Sequence record: PP355768.1
Strand: one strand, 5' to 3'
Length of the DNA stretch: 64,000 bases
Position numbers and translations under genes: made by a program. The notes beneath the pieces are model-generated. The model was not told the origin of the DNA, did no database searches, and worked only from the letters and a program-made list of their open reading frames with translations. This document shows, one piece after another, positions 56,890 through 64,000 of the stretch (position 1 is the stretch's first letter; every line of letters begins with the position of its first letter).

Positions 56890-57562
56890 AGTTTTTGAAA
56901 TGAATAAAAGCTACCGTTTGACCGAAGCTGCAAAGAATGAGTATCTTTCAACCAGTAGTAACGTTAACAAGCTTATTGCTGAACGGGTTGAATGCATGCC
57001 GTGGACAGTTCATACGTTAACGGAACATGGTAATGTTAAATCAATCAAATTAGAAAGCACCGGTGAAATTCTAAACGCAGATATGCTAGGATTTAGTAAT
57101 TGCATCATGTTTACTAAGTACGAGCTCCGAAGCGGAATGGTAGAAGTTAACGATGACGGCAGCGCACAGTACATCATCGTCGGCGGAAAGAAAGAGAGCG
57201 AATTTGGTATTGTTCGTGGTGATTACAATTCAAACTTGTTCACTCTTGAAAAAGCCAAGAAATATGTAACGAAAGTTATCAACAATGGCACAGTAGCTCA
57301 AATCGATATGTACTGGGAAGATAACTACGTATTCTTCAGCTTTGAAAATGGCCCTACTCTGGATATTCAGTTCAACGGTTCTGAAATCAAAGTTGGTTTC
57401 CATGATGAAGTTCGTAAACGTGATTTATCTTCACATCCGTCTTGGAACACAAATCGTCAACTGCTTGTTAAAATTTATCTGCGCCACATCCTCGGTCGTA
57501 AAACAACCGAAGAACAACGTGAAGCAATCTGGGATATCGTTTCAAACGAAATCAAGTTTTAA
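56882..57562 (+). CDS. Apparent fusion of a hypothetical gene (N-half) with a 30.7 homologue (C-half)
   Basis: The last ~100 aa (RDL..HP.WN.NR.LLVK...RHIL) match T4 30.7, normally ~120 aa. Confidence 0.65.
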   Translation: MSEVFEMNKSYRLTEAAKNEYLSTSSNVNKLIAERVECMPWTVHTLTEHGNVKSIKLESTGEILNADMLGFSNCIMFTKYELRSGMVEVNDDGSAQYIIVGGKKESEFGIVRGDYNSNLFTLEKAKKYVTKVINNGTVAQIDMYWEDNYVFFSFENGPTLDIQFNGSEIKVGFHDEVRKRDLSSHPSWNTNRQLLVKIYLRHILGRKTTEEQREAIWDIVSNEIKF

Positions 57563-57595
57563 CTAACTCGGGGCTTCGGCCCCACTATTGAGGAA

Positions 57596-58087
57596 ATGAT
57601 AATGGAAAAAGGTAAATTCTATAAGCTTAAAAAGACTCCAATCTTGTCTCCAGGCGCTCTTATCAAGGGTGTTTTTGAGCAAATCGGTAATAATCCGATT
57701 AAAATTACCAGAACCTTTAGATATGCGGAAAACATTGGATTAATTGAATTTGAAATCATTAAGCCTGGTGGAGAGCGCGAACGAGTTATAGTAGATGAAC
57801 CCCGCTTTTCTCACATGTGGTGTATTCTTACTAATCAAGAATTTCAACATTATTTTGAAGAAACCACCGACAAAGAACCTGAACCGAAGACCGATGATGA
57901 TGGAAGCAATGATTGGGGCGTTTGGACATCAAATAAAGGAAATGATACCTACAATGGTGGATTGACAAAGGAAGAAGCTGTTAATCTTGCAAAAGTACAA
58001 CGCCTGAATGCAACTAAAGACACAAAAGTTGTAATCATGCAACCTTTTGCTGTCCCTGTGGTTCATGTTAATATTCGTCCGTTTTAA
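57596..58087 (+). CDS. Hypothetical protein
   Basis: 163 aa; GAGGA RBS. Confidence 0.72.
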   Translation: MIMEKGKFYKLKKTPILSPGALIKGVFEQIGNNPIKITRTFRYAENIGLIEFEIIKPGGERERVIVDEPRFSHMWCILTNQEFQHYFEETTDKEPEPKTDDDGSNDWGVWTSNKGNDTYNGGLTKEEAVNLAKVQRLNATKDTKVVIMQPFAVPVVHVNIRPF

Positions 58088-58099
58088 GAGGAAATTGAA

Positions 58100-58378
58100 A
58101 TGATTGTATCAGCTTTCTATGATTCACGAAAGAAAAAAGTTGAAACCATTATCAGCGATACTCGCGATGGTACACCTGCTAATAAAAATGGTGTGAAAGC
58201 ATACATTGATAAGTATTGCCCTCCTGAATTTCGTATGGTTGATGGTGTAGATTCTCTGAGCATTAATGTTATAAATGCTAAAATTGAATTCATTAATGCA
58301 ACTATGCCAATTGGGTATTCTGACAGTGATGGCTCAAATGCCAAAATGCCGAAAGAAAAATTCATAACTAAGTTTTGA
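58100..58378 (+). CDS. 30.6: 30.6-like hypothetical protein
   Basis: D.RK...E and YI..CP.EFR.V.G.D.L. Confidence 0.75.
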   Translation: MIVSAFYDSRKKKVETIISDTRDGTPANKNGVKAYIDKYCPPEFRMVDGVDSLSINVINAKIEFINATMPIGYSDSDGSNAKMPKEKFITKF

Positions 58379-58388
58379 GGAAATTAAA

Positions 58389-58559
58389 ATGATTGTATCC
58401 GTGCCTAAATCTAAAGCTGGTATTTTTTCTTGCAGTTTGAAAAACCACCCAATGGTTGATATCATGTCAGCTGATGTTAAACAACACACCGTTGAGTATG
58501 AAATTGATGCTCCGGATTTCTTTGAATTGCCCGAATGGGCAGTGAGACTTGATGCATGA
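58389..58559 (+). CDS. 56-aa hypothetical protein
   Basis: GAGGA RBS; ATGA overlap with the next ORF. Confidence 0.6.
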   Translation: MIVSVPKSKAGIFSCSLKNHPMVDIMSADVKQHTVEYEIDAPDFFELPEWAVRLDA

Positions 58560-58756
58560 AATATCATATCTTCAGTACAGTAAGATTAGCAAATGGAATT
58601 CCTGGAGTTGTATGTGACACGGCTCCAGCCATTAAAGCCTACTCGGTTGAGCCTTGGTATGAAGTCAACTGGGTTGATGGCAATCGTTCAATTCATGCGG
58701 AATCTGAGCTTTATCCGATTACTCAATTAAGGGCTGCTAACGACGATGTCTATTAA
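58556..58756 (+). CDS. 30.5: 30.5-like hypothetical protein
   Basis: TV.L..GIPG and V.WVDGN motifs. Confidence 0.7.
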   Translation: MKYHIFSTVRLANGIPGVVCDTAPAIKAYSVEPWYEVNWVDGNRSIHAESELYPITQLRAANDDVY

Positions 58757-58955
58757 TCCTCATTTCGGTCATATGGTTGCCCGACGTATCACCAGGGAAA
58801 TGCTAAAGACTGCTGAGTATTATAATATAGAATTAATTGATATAGAACCCTCGGACACTCCAGGGTTAATCTGGTTCAATTTCACCGGTGCCGCAAATAG
58901 CGTTGCCAAATTTAAACAAGCATTGAGGAATTTCCCCGAATGTCAAAGCCAGTAA
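58746..58955 (+). CDS. Hypothetical protein
   Basis: 69 aa; overlapping neighbours. Confidence 0.55.
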   Translation: MSINPHFGHMVARRITREMLKTAEYYNIELIDIEPSDTPGLIWFNFTGAANSVAKFKQALRNFPECQSQ

Positions 58956-59782
58956 TCGCAACCGATGTTGATGGAATCATCGTTAAGTGGCAAAGTGGTC
59001 TGCCTTACTTTGCCCAAAAATATAACCTTCCTGTAGAGCATATCCTTGATATGATGACTACTGAAAAATTCATTAAACCCGCTGAGCTGTTTGATTGTGA
59101 AGAAGAACTAGCTGTTAAGCTGCTTCTGAAGTACAACAACAGCGATTTTATTCGTTATCTTGCTCCGTATGCTGATGCTTTAGCTACAGTTAATAAGCTC
59201 AAAGAAAAATACGATTTTGTCGCTATCACGGCTCTTGGCAACTCAGTAGATGCTAACCTTAATCGTCGTTTCAATCTGAATGCTTTGTTCCCTGATGCAT
59301 TTACAGAAATCATGGTCTGCGATTATGATGAATCTAAAGATGCTTTACTGGAAAAGGCTAAAGTAAAATACGGCGATCGCATCGTCTGTTATGTAGATGA
59401 TTTGCCTAAACATATTGCTGCCGCCAGCAAAGTCTTTGAAGATACTGAAACCCGTGTGTTCTATATGCCTCGTGGTGAGCGAGAAGGTTCAGTGACTGCT
59501 CCTGGAATTATGGTTGAAGATTGGCATCAAATTGTAACTTGCCTGGAATCTCTGAAATCCGTTAAGAAACCTCAGAAGTCTCTTTCCGGATTGTGGGAAG
59601 AAGCTATCAAAGACCAAATTCGTAAAGAGCAACATCCTTTTAATTGGCCTCCACGGCAAGTTCCAGGAGATTGGTGGAAACAACCTATCATTCCGTTTAG
59701 TCCTGGTCCACATGTTCCTCCTGGAAACGACTGGTGGAATAACGGTCGTATTACATGTGATAACCACCAAATTAATTGCTAA
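58940..59782 (+). CDS. 30.2: 30.2-like HAD-superfamily protein
   Basis: TDVDG, WQSGLPYFAQKYNLP and YVDDL; Pro/Trp-rich tail. Confidence 0.88.
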   Translation: MSKPVIATDVDGIIVKWQSGLPYFAQKYNLPVEHILDMMTTEKFIKPAELFDCEEELAVKLLLKYNNSDFIRYLAPYADALATVNKLKEKYDFVAITALGNSVDANLNRRFNLNALFPDAFTEIMVCDYDESKDALLEKAKVKYGDRIVCYVDDLPKHIAAASKVFEDTETRVFYMPRGEREGSVTAPGIMVEDWHQIVTCLESLKSVKKPQKSLSGLWEEAIKDQIRKEQHPFNWPPRQVPGDWWKQPIIPFSPGPHVPPGNDWWNNGRITCDNHQINC

Positions 59783-59802
59783 CAATCTGGGTATGGTATA
59801 AT
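59775..59802 (+). promoter_or_regulatory. Possible middle promoter (degenerate MotA box plus TATAAT)
   Basis: ATTGCTAAC...TATAAT. Confidence 0.35.
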
Positions 59803-59823
59803 AGCCATACCCTAGGAGGAAAT

Positions 59824-60030
59824 ATGTTTGTAGTTCATACTAAGGTTGGTAAACGCTGGTTATCATGTGATTATGGCCATGTTAATCAGTTTTATCGTTG
59901 GAATCCAATTTGGCGTGAAGCAAAGTCGTGCCCGATTTGGAATGAATGCATCAATAACGGGTTTGTTTATATTGATGGATTAACTTATCATCGTAGTGTA
60001 AGCGAACTTTCAAAAGAATTAGGTGAATAA
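59824..60030 (+). CDS. 30.1: 30.1-like hypothetical protein
   Basis: MFVVHT..DYGHVNQF and TYHRS; GGAGG RBS. Confidence 0.8.
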   Translation: MFVVHTKVGKRWLSCDYGHVNQFYRWNPIWREAKSCPIWNECINNGFVYIDGLTYHRSVSELSKELGE

Positions 60031-61502
60031 TGATTTTTGATATCATCAAAGCAATTGAAGATGCTAAGGGTTCTAAAGCCAAAACCCAAATTCTCATTGA
60101 CAATAAAGATAACGTTGATTTAAAGCGAGCTTATCTGCTGGCGTATTCCGGGCGATTTAAATTCTTTATTAAGAAAGTTCCAGAATATACTCCCGTTAAA
60201 TATCCAAATGTTCCTTCAAAGACGTTTTCTGATGGTCTAGATTACCTCCAAGACATTCTGGCAGCACGAGTACTTACTGGTAATATGGCAATCCAGGGGC
60301 TAGTAGATTTGCTCTCTAAGATGAACGAGGGTGATGCTAGTGTACTAGTCCGTGTCCTTCTTAAGGATATGCGTTGCGGCGCTTCAGGTTCTATTGCTAA
60401 TAAGGTATGGAAGAAATTAATTCCTGAGATGCCACAGATGTTAGCATCAGCTTATTCTGAGAAAGCGCTATCGTATATTAAGTTCCCTGCATTTGCTCAG
60501 CTTAAAGCCGATGGAGCTCGATGCTTCGCTGAAATCCGCGGAGATGAATTAGATGATGTAACTCTTCTTACTCGTTCCGGTAATGAATACCTGGGTCTAG
60601 ATAAACTTAAGCGTCAACTTATCGAGATGACCAAAGAAGCCCGAGAACGCCATCCTAACGGTGTGATGATTGACGGCGAGTTGGTATATCATGTCGAAGT
60701 GAAAGAAGAAGAAAACGACCTGTTTGATATGTTTAAAGAGCCTGAGCTTCCTGAGCTAAGTAAAGCTAAGGAATTCCAACAGACGGCTCGTACAGAATCA
60801 AACGGCTTGGCCAATAAGGCTATTAAAGGAACTATCTCTGCTGAAGAAGCAGAAGGTATGAGATTCCAAGTTTGGGATTATGTTCCGCTTGATGTAGTAT
60901 ATTCCGAAGGTAAGGTTCCTGGATTTGCTTATGATGTACGTTTCCGTGCATTGGAATTAATGAGCAAAGGCTATGACAAGATTATTCTAATTGAAAATCA
61001 CGTCGTACACAACATCCATGAAGCTCGGGCTATCTACAAAACATACGTAGACCAAGGTCTCGAAGGTATTATCCTTAAGAATATCGGTGCTTATTGGGAA
61101 GATAAGCGTTCTAAGAACCTCGTTAAATTTAAAGAGGTTATCACCGTAGATTTGAAATGTGTCGGTTCATACGAGCATAGAAAACAACCTGGTAAAATGG
61201 GCGGCTTGATGTTCGTATCAGAATGTGGTCGTATTCGTGTTAACGCTGGGTCAGGTCTTAAAGATAAGCCCGAAGAATTACATGAACTTGATCGTACTCA
61301 TCTATGGAAAAACAGAGATTCTCTTCCAGGAACTATCTGGGAACTTGAATGCAATGGTTGGGTAACTGCTGAAGGCCGTGATGATGGTACAGTAGGGTTA
61401 TTCTTACCTATCATTAAACAGCGTAGATATGATAAAGAAGTGGCTAATACATTCGAAGCCGCGTTTGGTGTTAACTTTACTGAGGCAACAGGAATAAAAT
61501 GA
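60030..61502 (+). CDS. 30: ATP-dependent DNA ligase gp30
   Basis: KADGAR motif I, IDGELV, EGIILK, KFKE; 490 aa. Confidence 0.96.
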   Translation: MIFDIIKAIEDAKGSKAKTQILIDNKDNVDLKRAYLLAYSGRFKFFIKKVPEYTPVKYPNVPSKTFSDGLDYLQDILAARVLTGNMAIQGLVDLLSKMNEGDASVLVRVLLKDMRCGASGSIANKVWKKLIPEMPQMLASAYSEKALSYIKFPAFAQLKADGARCFAEIRGDELDDVTLLTRSGNEYLGLDKLKRQLIEMTKEARERHPNGVMIDGELVYHVEVKEEENDLFDMFKEPELPELSKAKEFQQTARTESNGLANKAIKGTISAEEAEGMRFQVWDYVPLDVVYSEGKVPGFAYDVRFRALELMSKGYDKIILIENHVVHNIHEARAIYKTYVDQGLEGIILKNIGAYWEDKRSKNLVKFKEVITVDLKCVGSYEHRKQPGKMGGLMFVSECGRIRVNAGSGLKDKPEELHELDRTHLWKNRDSLPGTIWELECNGWVTAEGRDDGTVGLFLPIIKQRRYDKEVANTFEAAFGVNFTEATGIK

Positions 61503-61678
61503 AAGTTTTATACGAAGTGATTGCTAAATCTCTTGACGGACGTGGTGGTATTTCTGTTCACACAGAAGTTCTTGAGTTTAATAACATTAACACATTAAGA
61601 AACTTCAAAGAAAACATTGAAGAGTATGAGTCTGTAAATGGACTACAAGTTTGGCGTACAGTAACAATAATTAATTAA
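61499..61678 (+). CDS. 59-aa protein at the alt.1 position
   Basis: ATGA overlap with gene 30; followed by a GGCC-TTCG-GGCC terminator. Confidence 0.6.
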   Translation: MKVLYEVIAKSLDGRGGISVHTEVLEFNNINTLRNFKENIEEYESVNGLQVWRTVTIIN

Positions 61679-61698
61679 GGCCTTCGGGCCTTTTTTCG

Positions 61699-61706
61699 TA
61701 TAAATA
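61699..61706 (+). promoter_or_regulatory. T4 late promoter
   Basis: TATAAATA upstream of alt. Confidence 0.8.
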
Positions 61707-61729
61707 GAATAAACAAACGAGGATATGTC

Positions 61730-63856
61730 ATGGAACTTTTAAATGAAGTTTTCGATGAAGAGAATAGTAAAATCTATCCTGTCGAGAACGTTAAGCCAAA
61801 ACTTAAGGTACCACAGGTCTTTTTGATTAAGGTGCCGGGTAATAACAATTTAATGATTCGGTTAGTACAAGGGTCAGGTCAAGGTGATGCAGTTAAGAAC
61901 ATCAAGATGGGTGATAAATTCATCCAGGTCTATGTTTTCTCTGTGTCGGAAAAAGGTAACATCGGTGCGCTTAAAGGTGGTTTAGGTCAAGACCCGATTG
62001 GTGCTATCAATACCATTTTTGAGACCGTCAACAAAGTAGTTAAGCAAATTAAAGCTGATGCGGTAATGTTCCGCTTTAATCCGAAGAAAATGCAAGGACA
62101 GGATAAAGCCATTCAACGCATTCTTGCTCGGTTGATTACTACTCGCACCGGCGGTCGTTTCAATCTAATGAAAGATATGGCTTACTACAAAGGTAAGTAT
62201 GCTTATTCTATTATGGTTCGTAAAGGTAAGAAACTTGAAGAGATTGAAGGAATTCCTGAAATTTCAGAAGAACTTTACACCAAAGTAGATTCCAAAGTAG
62301 GCGAAGTTTATGTGTCTAAAGAAACCGGCGAAAACGTTACCAAAGCCGAAGCATTGGCTAATTCCATTGGCGAAAAAGAAGACAAGAAATCTGAACTCGC
62401 AGTAATGAGTAAAATGAAAGTGTCTCGAAAAGATTTAATCCGAGCACAGTACGGCAAATTTGTTTCATATGTTGATGAAGATTGGCCAGAAAATAAGCGT
62501 GAACGCTGGTACGAATTAACTACTAACACTCCAGTACTAAACGCAGAAGGCGATACGGTAGACCTCCAAAAGGATATTAAATCCGGGTTAGAAAAATCAA
62601 TTCCTTTTTATGTTGATGATATCAAGCACTATCGCGTTCGTGGCGGATATGGAAGTAATTTTGGCGATGCAGTTGAGAGATTATTTGTAGGCCAAATGTC
62701 GAGAATGCATGACGACTGGAAGGTTTTCATTCCTTCGGGTTCAGACAAAATGAAAATCGCTGAGCAACGAATTTCAGAAGTTGCTGACGTTATTGCTCAA
62801 GCTAAAAATCCTGCATCTATGGAAACGATGCGTAAAATCGTTGAAGTAGCTACTCGTGGATTTGATATGCCTCCGGCTGACGATTTCGGAGCTTTGCGCC
62901 AATACCAAAATCTTGTCAATTATATGATATCCGCTTATGTGTCAATCGTTGGCGATTCTATATCCAAAGCAATTGAATATAACCGTGAAATGCATTCTCG
63001 TTTAAGCGAAGAAGAAAGAGATGCAATACATCATTACTGTGGTTCTGGTTATTCATTTGTTAATAACTATCTTATTGGTATGGAAAGCTTAGGCGATCCG
63101 ATTATTGACAAGAAAATTCGTCCGCTCGATTCTGCCTTTGAAAAAGGTTTGCGTCTTGAACCAGGCACTCTTTTGTATCGTGGTCAGCGAGGAAAATATG
63201 AAGACTTTAAAGATAACATTGAGTCTAAAATGTTTTATTTCCAGAACTATGTTTCTACTTCGTTAAGTCCAATTATCTTTGGTGCTTATTCAAATGCTGG
63301 TGATTCATTAATGCCAGACGCACCTAGTTCTGATTTAGAAAACAAAGAAACAACTATCGATGCGGTATCTTCCGTTATTGGAACAGACAACTTGGAAAGA
63401 GTTGATAGAGGCGAGGAAGTTGCCTATGGCGATGAGTTTAAGTTTGGGTTCATTATTCATGGGGCTGATAAAGTTAAGGTAGTTATCCCGGGTGTCTTAT
63501 CAAGTTTTAGTGATGAGGCTGAAGTTATTCTTCCTCGCGGGTTGGCAATGAAAGTCAACAAAGTATGGGGAACTCCTTTTAGAAATGGAGTTGGTGTAGC
63601 GAATAACAAGACATTCATGGTAGAAATGACGGTAGTTCCGCCAGAGCAAATCGATGAATCGGTTCATCTCTATGATGGTGACATCTTGATGGAACAAGGC
63701 AAAGTGGAACCTCTTGAAGAAAGCAAGTTCAAAGGCTTTTTAAATGAGATTTACTTTTCGCCAGACCGTTCTACAGATAAGGTTAGCTACACACGTACCA
63801 TGGAGCTACTGGCTGGTGCTATCAACCTGGATGGTATCCCAGAAAAACTTGCATAA
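61730..63856 (+). CDS. alt: Alt NAD-protein ADP-ribosyltransferase (packaged; modifies host RNA polymerase)
   Basis: 708 aa; R-S-E motifs LYRG, YVSTSL, DEAEVILPRG; MEL..EVFDE N-terminus. Confidence 0.93.
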   Translation: MELLNEVFDEENSKIYPVENVKPKLKVPQVFLIKVPGNNNLMIRLVQGSGQGDAVKNIKMGDKFIQVYVFSVSEKGNIGALKGGLGQDPIGAINTIFETVNKVVKQIKADAVMFRFNPKKMQGQDKAIQRILARLITTRTGGRFNLMKDMAYYKGKYAYSIMVRKGKKLEEIEGIPEISEELYTKVDSKVGEVYVSKETGENVTKAEALANSIGEKEDKKSELAVMSKMKVSRKDLIRAQYGKFVSYVDEDWPENKRERWYELTTNTPVLNAEGDTVDLQKDIKSGLEKSIPFYVDDIKHYRVRGGYGSNFGDAVERLFVGQMSRMHDDWKVFIPSGSDKMKIAEQRISEVADVIAQAKNPASMETMRKIVEVATRGFDMPPADDFGALRQYQNLVNYMISAYVSIVGDSISKAIEYNREMHSRLSEEERDAIHHYCGSGYSFVNNYLIGMESLGDPIIDKKIRPLDSAFEKGLRLEPGTLLYRGQRGKYEDFKDNIESKMFYFQNYVSTSLSPIIFGAYSNAGDSLMPDAPSSDLENKETTIDAVSSVIGTDNLERVDRGEEVAYGDEFKFGFIIHGADKVKVVIPGVLSSFSDEAEVILPRGLAMKVNKVWGTPFRNGVGVANNKTFMVEMTVVPPEQIDESVHLYDGDILMEQGKVEPLEESKFKGFLNEIYFSPDRSTDKVSYTRTMELLAGAINLDGIPEKLA

Positions 63857-63860
63857 AGTT

Positions 63861-63889
63861 GTTTACTTATCACAAGGACGTGATACTAT
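63861..63889 (+). promoter_or_regulatory. T4-type early promoter
   Basis: GTTTAC-17-TACTAT. Confidence 0.75.
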
Positions 63890-63919
63890 AGACTTACACA
63901 AACCAATGAGGAAATTGAT

Positions 63920-64000
63920 ATGAAACATGTATTCCGCTTTAACGGTATTGAATGGTCTGCTGATGTTAAAGACGCAGAGAAGTTTAACGAAGAAGTGCTT
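63920..64000 (+). CDS. Partial ORF after alt, running off the window
   Basis: GAGGA RBS; MKHVFRFNG... Confidence 0.6.
   Translation, partial: MKHVFRFNGIEWSADVKDAEKFNEEVL

Noticed and set aside
1-64000. tRNA genes, integrase or prophage, IS elements
   Set aside because: None recognised; the T5 tRNA cluster lies beyond the point where the T5-like sequence is cut
46760-64000. The T4-like nucleotide-metabolism block as a genuine island acquired by the T5-like phage
   Set aside because: It includes T4-specific late promoters, gp31, alt and spanins in unbroken T4 order to the window end, with no att sites; more consistent with a second genome, pending read evidence

Overview
The window joins two unrelated lytic enterobacterial phage genomes. 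(1) 1-~46765 is T5-like (Demerecviridae; by recall most like Klebsiella Sugarlandvirus, not database-checked). It carries the late morphogenesis cluster on the minus strand (giant collagen-repeat pb4, pb3, pb9, pb2, chaperones, pb6, capsid, portal, terminase, pb5), a collapsed ~10 kb terminal repeat/first-step-transfer (FST) region (dmp, A1, A2, injection-stop-like repeats) and early genes. (2) ~46766-64000 is T4-like (Tevenvirinae, plausibly Jiaodavirus-like) on the plus strand in T4 order from frd.1 to alt. It is broken by at least 12 splice-like deletions (nrdA, nrdB, denA, rnlA, alc, pseT, 31.1, rIII, 30.7). The chimera, the deletions and a pb4 frameshift most likely reflect mixed-sample or gapped assembly. 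The most interesting biology is in the non-coding FST DNA: two inverted ~110-bp modules each with a near-perfect LexA box plus DnaA-box-like sites, a 35-bp-period array of Fur-box-like palindromes, a 129-nt structured leader followed by an exact rrn-type boxA, a 24-bp long-range stem, iteron-like 15-mers and a G-quadruplex motif. Together these suggest a landing pad for host regulators. All homology calls come from recognising sequences and gene order; no searches were run.
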